This document shows, piece by piece, positions 52,417 to 64,000 of a stretch of 64,000 nucleotides of DNA. The notes beneath the pieces were generated by a model. The model made no database searches and was not told the DNA's origin. It saw nothing but the letters and a program-made list of their open reading frames with translations. The stretch's first letter is position 1, and the number at the start of each line of letters is the position of its first letter. A program made the position numbers and the translations under genes. The stretch comes from Chrysomallon squamiferum. Taxonomy: Eukaryota > Animalia > Mollusca. Location: NCBI GenBank assembly GCA_012295275.1, contig CM022665.1, positions 42,160,001-42,224,000 on the forward strand, given 5' to 3'.

Positions 52417-54477
52417 TTGGAGTATTTCCTTGATGAAGGATGTTACTGCAAGATGTAGGAGGAATGCGACTTCATAAATCATTAAAAAAAATGCAATGCT
52501 GACGTAATTATGATGATGTTCCATGTTTGTACATTTGGTGTTGTTGATAAGAAATATAACAAAAAGAAAAAAAATATATATGTGAACAACACATTCATAC
52601 ATCTGAAGCACTTTCTTGTGGAAAACTCACTCATGTTTCATGATATTATATAACAATTTAATTAGATATTTGTCACACACTTTGTACAAAAACTGCTAAG
52701 CCATTCTCCGAGTAGTGTTAAAACTAAGCAATGGTTTGTTAACTTAAAATATCTGTCATCTATTTAGGATTCATTTGGAATAATATTAATAACAAATGAA
52801 TTAAAGAAAAAAAAAATGGAATCTGTAGGAACAATATAAAACACAACATTTAAAAAAAAAAAAAAAAAATGAAATTATAGAATAAGGCTAAAACTAGTTT
52901 CAGTTTTGAGTGCAAACACATTTCAAAATTATCATTCCTTCTTTCCTTTTTTTTTCTTTTCTTTTTTTTAAACCTGTTATTTTATTAGACTTTCACAGTT
53001 TTTGGGACACTTCCACTATCATCATAATGTTAAAATGTTCTAGATTAATATATTTATAACATAGAATTTTTGTGATATTAAAATATTTTGGTATTGCTTC
53101 TGAAAAATGCTGGTTGTGGACTAAAAACTTTCATTCCACTGGCCTCAATGTCACCAAACAAAATGAAACAAAACTTTAAAAAAAAAAAAATAATAAATAA
53201 AAATAAATTATCCAGCTAACAGAAAAATAAATACTATACCAATATTCTTATCCTTATCTATTACATTCAAAATCTTTACAATTCTGATGCCAACTTTTTC
53301 AACAAAGATTGGCCGACTACCAAAAATAGAACAAATATTTTCATATATCGAATACTATTTGGTTTCAAAACTAAGAAGATTTTACATTTTTTGATATCAA
53401 CTCACCACCTTTGATTTAAAATATATTCTTGCAAACTATAGAAGTTTATCAAACATTCGGAAACACATACATTAGAACATGTATTATACTTAATTGCAGT
53501 AGTGTATAACTAGCCAACACAAATAAACTAATAATCAAGAAATCTTTAAAGTCACTATATTACAATTTTTTTTTTTTTTTTTTTAAATCTTATCTAGCAG
53601 CAATGTCAAGCGAAAAAAACAAATTGTTATTTTTTTTACATTTCAAATCAGAAAAAAAACACAAAGCAAATAAAATAAATATTAAATATGTACAGAGGCT
53701 TAAAATTTTTATTAAAAAAAAAATAAAAAATAAAAATTTGTAATAATAACAACAATAATTAATAAAATAAAATAAATATAAAGAAGAAAAAAAACACCCA
53801 AAAACATTATAATCCATCCTTGAGGATATAATATTTTTATTTTTATTTTCTTTGACCTAAACAAATGGAATACAGTTTAACAAAAGTCCATTATTTTTTG
53901 GAAGACTGGCAGTTTTCTGTATTAATTGACTAAAAACACAATAGTTTTATCTTGTAAAATCTATCACAATTAAAACTCAAGACAATTTTTGTTATTTGTA
54001 AAGATTACATTTAAAATTTCTTTACTTTTAAAAAAAAAAAAATTATTTTAATCATTTATTATTATATATATTTTTTTTTTTTTTTGATGATTCTCCTTGT
54101 GATCACAAATATGATTACAATTGATTCAAAAGATCAAATGATTAAATAACTTTTGTTATTATACACAGTGGCATACAAAGATGCGCCTGAAAAATTCATC
54201 CACTTTTAAACTAGCACCAAATTGTCATGTTTGATCTATAACAATTTTAACAGACAAAATACTAAGATTTTGTTTTCTGCATCATTCAAAAAATCTCTAA
54301 TATTCACTTGCATCTTAATGCAACTGTAATGTAAATAAACTTGTCATTAATTCTCAGTTATAATTTTTTAACAATATTTCTGAATGATTTTCAATATTTT
54401 ATATTAGATGATATCGATCGATCAAAATGCAGCATTTGATAATCATTCATAAATGGAAAGTAGTAGTAATAGTAATA

Positions 54478-54521
<44 letters not shown>

Positions 54522-55096
54522 AAATAACAATAATGGTAATAGTAAAAGTAATAGTAATAATATTTAAATACCTTATTTCAAAATTTTTGACAGAAATAGA
54601 CCTTCCAAATCAAAAAGTCTCTATTTGGTTTTTTTATTTGGGTTTGTTAGCTAAATAAATTCTAGGAACATTAGATAATATTTTAAATGTTTCTTCATAT
54701 TATTTAAGATAATATTTTAAACACTGCTTTATATTATTATCTGAATAATACATGACATATTTAGGAAGCATTTTGAAAACAATATTGTCTATGCTGCCAA
54801 TTGAAAAAAAAAAAAAAAAAAAAGGTTCATTATGTTTTAAAATATTTCCTGCATCTTCAATTGTAGAAATAAATAAAAATATTAAAATGCTATAGGTACT
54901 GCATTTTTTACAAAAGCAATTGATGTGATCCATTATAGCTGTCAAACAAATACATATGGGCTGTACAGCAATAAAATTCATTTTTTCTTTTTTATTTCCA
55001 TGTTCCCAACAACATCTGTGAATTCTCTGAATACAGTAATCAATAATGTAAAAATAAAATAAAAAAATTAATTAAAACAACTGCACCAAGGAACTG

Positions 55097-55164
<68 letters not shown>

Positions 55165-57110
55165 TAAAACATTTAGCTAGAAAAAATTATTGATTTAAAA
55201 TACCTACATGGAAATAAAAGTTCATTAAAACTGATAAATGCATCAGTATTTCTTAATTTTAAATATATTGGTTTTTAATTATTTTATTATTATTATTTTT
55301 TTTAATCTATCAATCATTCAATGTTTAAAAAAAAAAATAATAATAATAATACAAACAATGAAAAAAAGAAAAACTAAATTTTTTTTTTTTTTTTTTAATA
55401 TATATTATCACTTCTTATTGAAGTCTGTGTGCTAGCAGAAATGATAATGGATATTATTTATAAAGAATTAAAACAAAATGCAACATTAAAACAACACATA
55501 ATAAAACCAAGACATATACACACATGGCAATATATTAAATAACACAATACACACATTTCAAACACGGACTGGTTTTATTTTTTCTTCTTATTATTATTAT
55601 TATTAGAATCTAATTCATAAGACAGTATTATTTTCTTTTTAATTTTGAGGACAGATACTGTTTTTTTTACTTTGGACAATCTAAACTAATTACACAAGAA
55701 CACACATACACAAAAAAAAAAATAAAAAAAATAAAATAAAATAAAAATAAATAACTAAAAAAATAAAAATAATATAAGGTGGGTTTATTTAGCCAACTTC
55801 AACATTAGGCCAGCTGATTATTAACAGCAATTTTTAATACACCATTTTCACTTGAGTGAATGTTATAAAACTAAGTGAATATTTGAATGCTATCTCAATA
55901 TAATTCATCAATAATCTCAACTTCTTACTTGTAAATTTCATTCATTGTGGGACATAACGAGGACAGAAAAACACCTTAACCAGAACATTTATGTGTATTC
56001 TAGTTTCCACTCCAATTAAAAATAATAATAATAATAATAATAATAAACAAAAATCAACATATAAAAAAGGGCTACCTAGTAGTAATAATTATTATTACAA
56101 AAATGCAAGCCAGTAAGATTAAGTATTCTAATGAAGCAAACAAAAGCCATGAAATACTTTGAAAGTAAATTTTGGAATTTTATAACATATTGGTCACAGT
56201 GTATAGTACAAACTTTGGTTGCATCCAGTAAAACGTCTTTGTATGAGAAATAAAATGTGACAAATGGATATTGCCAAACAAAGTTAGTATATAAACCTGC
56301 TTGGGTATTGAAACTGGAATATATCTTCAACACTTCGCAAAGTTTACATAAAATATCTTCTCACATCCAGTAGGACGTCTGAGAAAATTCATTTTGACAA
56401 TTTGATTAAATGATTATGGTGTGTTGAAAAATAAATAAGATTTTTACAGAATTTTTACTTCTCTGTTTCTAGCAATAATTTTACACTTACACACACATAC
56501 ACACACACACACACACATATACACTTTTAAAACCAGGACAATGACCTTAAGTTAACCTTCACTAGGTATACATTCATCCAACAAAGCTAATGCAAAAAAA
56601 AATATAAAAATAAAAATAAAATAAATAAAGCACAGATCTAAGCCAAACAATATATATGAATTTAAAAAAAATATATATTAATAATAAAATTTTAAAAAAT
56701 TGGGGAACTGAAATTAACAAGCTTAATTATAATGTTTTCATAAAAAAAAAAAAAAAAAAATGAAAAAAAAAAAAAAAAATGTCAACATAATTCAAAAAAC
56801 TGAATTTCATGAAACAAACAAATCAGTAGCTTTGTGAAAACTACATTTAAGAATGTTAAGTCCCTAATACAAACAAACCATTGACCAAAATTCTGCCTTA
56901 CTTTTTACATTTCTTTTTCTCTTTTCTAAACAGTAAATTGTTTTTCTTTCTTTTTTTTTGTTTTCTCTTTTTTTTTACAACTTGCCAAAAACCCAAATCT
57001 CTGTTACCAGTGGTTTTATATTAATAATGTTCTCATCACAGCTTGTCTAAATAAGACCACCTGATGTTTGGCAGAGAAATAACTGCATCTACGCCAGCAG
57101 CTGCTGATGC

Positions 57111-57233
57111 TCACGTCACTCCTATCCAACCATTGTCTGTTAGGAAGCTCATGATTTTGCGTCTGTGAGTTTTGTCCATTCCGCTCGGATATCGAATTTT
57201 TACTGGCAGACCTTGTCTTCGTTGAAGATAATC
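57111..57233 (-). CDS. TADA2B: TADA2B terminal coding exon (SWIRM-like C-terminus)
   Basis: tttcag|GAT; DYLQRRQGLPVKIRYPSGMDKTHRRKIMSFLTDNGWIGVT*. Confidence 0.92.
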   Translation of the reverse strand, partial: DYLQRRQGLPVKIRYPSGMDKTHRRKIMSFLTDNGWIGVT

Positions 57234-57805
57234 CTGAAATACATTTTCATCATGTAACAATATCAAATATAGAGAAAATATTTGTAATAATTAAGCAGAT
57301 ATTTACAATTTTATTTGGAATATCTGAAATATTTTTTATTAATATGCACAATATTAAAATTTTTATTTGTAGTTTAAGTATTTTTAACACTGTAATTTCC
57401 AATTTATCTAAAGCTAATATATTTTTGATAATATTGTAGATATTCATAATTTTATTTGAAGCTGGAGTATTTTTAATGATAATGTAGATTTTATTCTGAA
57501 TATTGTGTTGTTGTTTTTTTGTGTTTTTTTTTAATGGAATTGATTAGTCTTAAATGTCATAAGTTCTTCCATTTAATTTATCATTTATGCATGTGTGATT
57601 AAATTTTAAATAAGAACTTAATGTATTTTATTTTTTTTATTTTTTTCTTTATTATATATATAATTCATTTGCATTTAAATGTATTCTGGTTTTTTTGTGT
57701 TCTTAAGTTCTGTTACATTGTCTTTATATTATTATTATTTATTTATTTATTTATTTATGCATGTATGCATTATCATTTTTGTTAAATTTATTTTTATTTA
57801 TTTAT

Positions 57806-57845
<40 letters not shown>

Positions 57846-59981
57846 TTATTACTTTTTCATGTTCTTGTTTCTCTTCCACACAAATTGATGAAATTAATTC
57901 AAAATGATCTCTGAGAAAACTTACTTTAATTATACAAGTCTTTATTGTGCTGTAGTTTGCTGGAGTCATACCAATGTTACTGCATAGCTGAAAATAAAAC
58001 ATGTTAATTAGCACATTGTTCAGTCATATAGCTTGAAATTTTAGCAAATTTTCACTCATGTAAGCACAAACTGACTTTAGACAAAGTAACTTACACAAAA
58101 TCACTTTATAATATAAACTGATTTTCATTTTAAAGTTATGCTACACAAAATGTGATTTTAGTCAGTAACTTTCACAGTAATGTTTTACAATTATACACAG
58201 TGATTTTACACAAAATGACTTTATACCCAAAAATTACTAATTATTATTATTATTATTATTTTGTACCTTTGGAGTAACCTTTGGAGTATCAATACAAAAA
58301 AAATGACTTATTTAAACTGAAGTTTCACAATTTTGCACATAAAAAATTATCTGCAAATAATTTTAGACATGAAGTAATTTAAATACAAAAGCTGATTCCT
58401 TTTTTACCTTGTAATGATGCTATCCAAAAAGTAATTTTATTTACGTAATGTCTTACATAACGTTATATGCAAAGATATTATCTACATATGTGAAATAGCA
58501 CAATACAGCTTACATGAAGTGTCTTTACATAAAGAGTTATTTTTAAAGAGTTATTTTTTTTTACACAAAGTGACTTTACCTTTCTCTCTCTCTCAGACAA
58601 CATATCAAACCCAGGCAACATCGTCAGATCCTTCGTTTCAGTGTCATCATCATCGTCTTTTAGATCTGTAGTGAAGAAGTTAACATGTTAAAATTGTTGT
58701 TAGAAAAGAGAAACTCAAATTCTGGAGTATTTTTTATGCTTATTACAAGTGTTTTGTTACAGAAACTCAAAGCTGAGAAAGCCTTGGGTATTTTTAAATT
58801 CATTACATGTGAAATATGTTGATGCTTATTACAAATAGAAACCCAGTGATGAAAAATCTTATTTTTATATTTATTATAAGTAAAATATGTTGAGAAAAAA
58901 AAATTCACTGATGAGAAAATCTTATTTTTATGTTTATTATAAGTGTTATGTCAGGGAGACAAACATCTCAGAGAGGCCAAGTCTCATGTATTTATACTTA
59001 TTACAAGAGCTGTGGTTAATGATTAGTATTACAAATATTTGTCTTTTCTGACTGAAATACAGTTAACATTATTATATCATTATTTTACTGATACAAATTT
59101 TATTACCAAACTGAAACAGTAAAAACATTTCTCTTTATGATTCCAACACAATTAAAAAGCTCGACCAAGAATGTTTTAAACATTTCAAGCTTAAGGATGG
59201 ATTCAATATACTTCTAAAAAATAAACATGAAAATAATAAAATAGTTAAATTTAAAATAATATTTTTTTTTTCTTCTTATTTCATATGACCTGTGTAGCTA
59301 TATTGTAAAAGTCTACTAGTGGCTAATTTGACATTATTTAAAAAATAAAAATCTTACCTTCGTCGTCTATGAGTATATCTAACTTTTCTACTTTTCCTCT
59401 GGAAAGAAAAACAAAAAATTCCACTTATTAATAAATATATGGATAAAAAATTTAAAAAGCCTCTAAGCTTAATTTATGTAGTAACTTTATATTAATAAGT
59501 CTTCCTTAACAAGTACTATATTCTGAAACTAGTGCAAATTCAGCTGGTTTTTCAAGTTCTTTCAGCAAAGTATATTTTTAATGATGAAAGTTATCAAATG
59601 ATTACATCTGTTGTTTTAGAAATAATTATAACTAGCATAAAATATACATAAAAAAAAAAAAAAAAAAAGAGAGAAACAAAACAGAAATTAGCAAAACTCA
59701 AAGTTTAAATTAATTGAGAATATGACAATTTGTATAATTTAAACAATATATAAATTATGTCACAAAATATTAAAAGAAACAGTCAGTGTTAAAAAGGTTA
59801 AAATTTTAAATGACCAAGGTTACAGGATAATAGTGAGAAATCATTACACAATAATATAATATATAATGTAAAGTAATGTAATGTAATGTAATGTAATATA
59901 AACAACTAAATAAGTTGAAAAATAAAAAATATTAAAATATATATATAAATTTAAAAAAAAATACAGGAAATAAACCAAAAA

Positions 59982-60037
<56 letters not shown>

Positions 60038-63000
60038 ACTAGAAAAAAAGTAATTAATTAAATAAGAAAAAATAAAATAAAAATAAATTAAATACATAAG
60101 CAAACAAGAAAATAAATTTTATCATTTGTTCATTAACAAAGTAATGTTGATACTCACTCTGCTTTTTTTGACACCATTGAGTTTCGCTTTGCGGACATTA
60201 AGCTGCCCTAGACAGAAAGAATAAATTAGTTTAGAACATTGGCTGTTCTACAAAGAAACTGAACAAGAAGAAATCCAGGGAGAAATAAATACTAACACTA
60301 ATATAAATATTCAAGTACACATGAGTAAAAGTATATGCATGTATCCTGCAATCACTGTAAATGGAAAGATATGGCAACTAGAAAAATTTACGAAAATATA
60401 GCTTTTTGGAACATAAGTATTTTTACTTCAGTGAATTACAAGTTATTTACATTTTTATATATTGTTCCATATTAATTTTTTAGTATTTAATTGCTGATTA
60501 AAGCTTAAAATACTATTGTTGAGAACTGTTGCATTTCTTATCTCATTATATATAAAGGAAATTAATTTGTTTTATTTCTTGTAAGATATAAATAAAATGA
60601 AGTTTTATTTTTTGTTATATAAAAAAGAAATTAATTGTTGTTTTTTCTGTAATATATAAATGAAATTAACTGCTTTATTTCTTGTTATGTATAAATAAAA
60701 TTAAATTGTTTTATTTCTTGTTTTATACAAATAAAATTAACTGTTTTATTTCTCAACTAGTTATATATAAAAAAATAACTGAATCAGTGTCAAACACAAC
60801 TCAAAATCACACTGGATATAATATGTATATCAAAACATGCATTCAGATAATATACATTAAAATATATTAGATTAACAAAAGAAATGTATCTTAGTTACAC
60901 TTTTTTTTTAAAATACAGATCCAAAAAGTAATGAAATTCATAATAATTGTTATCTGGGATTAATGAAGTGAACCAAGCAGTTTACTGAATACATCAAATT
61001 TTTATTTTGTTAGTAAGAAATATTAAAAAATTAAAATGAAAACACTTCAAGTCTTCTGTCTCTCTTACCATTTTCTTTTTGTTTTCTTTCTTCTTTTCTC
61101 TTTTATATTTATTTTCTTCTAAGTCGTCAACTTCTGGAAACATGAATAAGTGGAAATTTAAAAAATATTCTTCTGCTTAAAACATTCAGGAATAATTTAT
61201 GAAAAAAAAAACATTAATAATAATGTCAATATAAAAAACAAAAACATTTTGATGATGAAAAATCCTCAAATTTTTTGTAACTTCTTGTACCTACCATTTT
61301 ACTCTTGATTTTAAATTTTAAAAAGAGAGGAAAAAATAAAATAAAAATTATCAACATTTTAAATTTTGGGGGAGAATATTATCCAAAAATAAACATTATT
61401 CCTAATCCACAGAGGAAGAAATAAACTTATCAGTACAAATTATTACTGAACTAAATACTTACCATCTAGCTTTTTTAACCCATGTCTTCTATATCTCACT
61501 AATTCTTTTATCCTAGCCTTTAACTCTTTTTCTTCTGAAACCAAAAAAACAAGTCTCCATTAAAAAACAAAAATTGTTTATTCTACTATCTAACTACCAT
61601 AATAAACATAAGTTATTTATTTCACTATCCATCATAAACAAAAATATTTATTTTAATATAAAAATTACAATACAAAAAAAATATTTATTTCAGAATCTTT
61701 TATTATATTTCATTATCTACCATAAAAACAAAATTTCATTATTACCATCATAAACAAAATTATTTATAATTTTTAATAAACAAGAAATTATTTAATTTAT
61801 TAAACAAAAATTATTTATTTCAGAATCATCACAATAAACAAGAATTATTTATTTCATTATCTACCATAATAAACAAGAATTATTTATTTCATTATCTACC
61901 ATAATAAACAAGAATTATTTATTTCATTATCTACCATCATAAACAAGAATTATTTCAGTATCTAATTCAGCATTTAACTACAATCAATGTAACTTGACAT
62001 GAAGATTTTAAAATTGGAAAACATTAAAGCTAAACAGTAAACATTTAAGAATTATTTATGTTTTTATTTTTATAACTTACTCTGCATATCCTCAAAGCAC
62101 TGTTCATGTTCACCTAGTGTATGAAACTGACAAAACACTTTCATCTTTTCCTGGAATTCCCTGTAACAATAAAAATTACCATCTTACAAAAGTAATAGGA
62201 CAATAACAAAAAACTGAACAAATTGATTGCAACAACTATTTGAAAATATTATGAAAACTATTTCACTGAAAACTGAAAAAAACAAAACAAAATAAAATAA
62301 TAAAAAAAAAAAGATATAAATGTAAACAAACAAAACAAAAACAAACAAAAAATGAACAAGACATTTTGCTTTCCATAAATGTTATTTTTCATTATTTTAA
62401 TATTTCAAACCATTAAAACTGACAAGAAAGGTAATGAATGAATGTACCATAATAAGTCAGTTAGTGCTATGTATTTAATTTGCAATAAACACGAGATTAA
62501 ATGTTATAATTAGCAGCTTTAATGATTATTTAATGATCTAGCTGAATTATTAATGATACATGAACTTTAAGCCAACACTAATGTTCAAACTAAAGCATAA
62601 TTTATGTTGATATTAAGAACCAATTTTTAAAATACTGATATATGAACAGATCTCTAAAATATTAACAGCAAATTTTTAGAATTTTATTATTAAAATATTA
62701 ACAAATGTTTTTTAAAATATTTTATATTAGGAATTTTATTAAAAATTAATGTAGATTTTTAAATCCTTGAAATTTTTTTTAAATAAACAATATTAATAAC
62801 AGATTTAAAAAAATTATTTTATTAATAACATACTTTTTTAAAATATTTCTTTAATTATGGACATTTCAAATTTTAAAATTTTATTATTAAAATATTTGAA
62901 ATGTTAGTATTAATAATGAATATTTTATCTTTGGAATTTTATTGGTATTAATAACAGATTTTTAAAAAAATGAAATTTATTTTAAATGTTTCATATTAAT

Positions 63001-63410
63001 AACAGATTTTAAAAAAATTAAAAACAGATATTTAAAATTTTATTATTGACTATTTCTTTGATGTGGTCATAACAAATATTTAAAATGTTGATATTAACAA
63101 CAGATTTTTCACACTTATTATTTTTAAAAATGCTACTTTCATCCTTGTATTTTATCTGACATTAATAACAGACTTTTATAATATTATTATTAATAATATA
63201 CCTTTCATTCTTGTATTTTAATCATTATTAATAACACATACTTATATTATTATTTTTAATAATGTACCTTTCATCTTTGGACCTTTTCTTTGATTTATCA
63301 GACTTGGGAGTCTTGCCTCCTGACGATGTAGCTGCAGTAATCAGACCATACTCTCTGGCTATCTGTTTTCTTCTGTCTCTCTCACGCAGTCGTAATCTAT
63401 ATTTGTCAAC
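57111..63410 (-). CDS. TADA2B: Transcriptional adapter 2-beta (Ada2b, SAGA complex), 5'-partial, 9 exons, 723 nt
   Basis: Spliced translation VDKYRLRLRERDRRKQIAREYGL...KEKELKARIKELVRYRRHG...LPGFDMLSERERKLCSNIGMTPANYSTIKTCIIKDYLQRRQG...FLTDNGWI matches the TADA2B C-terminal half as I recall it; all intron phases agree. Confidence 0.9.
57925..57987 (-). CDS. TADA2B: TADA2B exon
   Basis: ttttcag|CTA...AAA|gtaagt; LCSNIGMTPANYSTIKTCIIK. Confidence 0.92.
58580..58665 (-). CDS. TADA2B: TADA2B exon
   Basis: ctacag|ATC...AAG|gtaaag; DLKDDDDDTETKDLTMLPGFDMLSERERK. Confidence 0.9.
59358..59398 (-). CDS. TADA2B: TADA2B exon (linker)
   Basis: ttccag|AGG...GAAG|gtaaga; GKVEKLDILIDDE; phase 2-1. Confidence 0.82.
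60158..60207 (-). CDS. TADA2B: TADA2B exon (linker)
   Basis: gtctag|GGC...CAGA|gtgagt; GSLMSAKRNSMVSKKA; phase 0-2. Confidence 0.82.
61069..61133 (-). CDS. TADA2B: TADA2B exon
   Basis: ttccag|AAG...ATG|gtaaga; EVDDLEENKYKREKKKENKKKM. Confidence 0.88.
61463..61534 (-). CDS. TADA2B: TADA2B exon
   Basis: tttcag|AAG...GATG|gtaagt; KEKELKARIKELVRYRRHGLKKLD. Confidence 0.9.
61560..61960. repeat. ~35-bp minisatellite (attatttatttcattatctaccataataaacaaga)
   Basis: Perfect copies at 61840-61950, degenerate upstream. Confidence 0.88.
62081..62160 (-). CDS. TADA2B: TADA2B exon
   Basis: ttacag|GGAATTC...CAGA|gtaagt; EFQEKMKVFCQFHTLGEHEQCFEDMQ. Confidence 0.9.
63268..63410 (-). CDS. TADA2B: TADA2B exon
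   Basis: tctcag|GTTGAC...GAAAG|gtacat; 143 nt. Confidence 0.9.
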
Positions 63411-63698
63411 CTGAGATAATTTTATTGCTGCAAATAAAAAAAAGCAATGTCTTCAGATCAGCAAGGATTAACAAGAATTCAGTGATGAGCATGTTATATT
63501 AACACAAATGATCTTTAATAAGTATTGTGTAACTGTATTAAATGTAATAGAGACAACATGTTACCTGACTCTTTATTAATAAATGATTATTATAATACAT
63601 TAACTGAGATACCAGTTATGAATATGTGTGTGTGTGTGTGTATATATATAATATACACACACCATATTATATACCAAAAATAGAAAAAAACAGAAAGG

Positions 63699-63758
<60 letters not shown>

Positions 63759-64000
63759 AAAAGAGAGAGATAGATAGTGAAAAAGAAAGAGAAAATGAGG
63801 GACAGAGCAAGTGAAAGAGAGAGGTAGAGAAAGGGGAAGAGAGATGGAGAGAGGGAGACAGACAGGAAAAGATCTGTGTAATTTTGTGTAAATGAATATA
63901 AATATAACAGTACTCATTTTATTTTTACACTATCAACAATACTTTGTGACAATCTGTGCACTGCTTTGTTAAGTGTGAAATAATCAAACACTGAGGAGTT

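Overview
AT-rich, microsatellite-dense eukaryotic (metazoan, probably mollusc/lophotrochozoan; inference) genomic DNA with two convergent intron-containing genes. On the + strand, 21 exons (22004-46139) splice by hand into one 4,103-nt frame encoding the central and C-terminal part of a papilin-like ECM protein: 9 lagrin-type YGCCPDG modules, 9 Kunitz domains, 4 Ig domains and a terminal PLAC domain. On the - strand, 9 small exons (63410-57111) encode the C-terminal 240 aa of TADA2B/Ada2b (SAGA adaptor). No papilin TSP1/ADAMTS-spacer exons are visible in the first 22 kb. That stretch does hold a candidate signal-peptide first exon (8029-8086) that splices in frame to exon 22004, just downstream of a candidate terminal exon (6936-7003); the locus may therefore be expressed as separate N- and C-terminal halves (hypothesis). 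Other points: a recent two-exon (Kunitz + lagrin) duplication, a dead partial Kunitz exon copy, a GC-AG intron, a poly-A acceptor, repeated tandem duplications anchored on splice junctions, several decayed copies of one tRNA-derived SINE, a MITE-like relic and many mini/microsatellites. Most ORFs in the supplied track are microsatellite artefacts. All splice calls were made by eye with no expression data.
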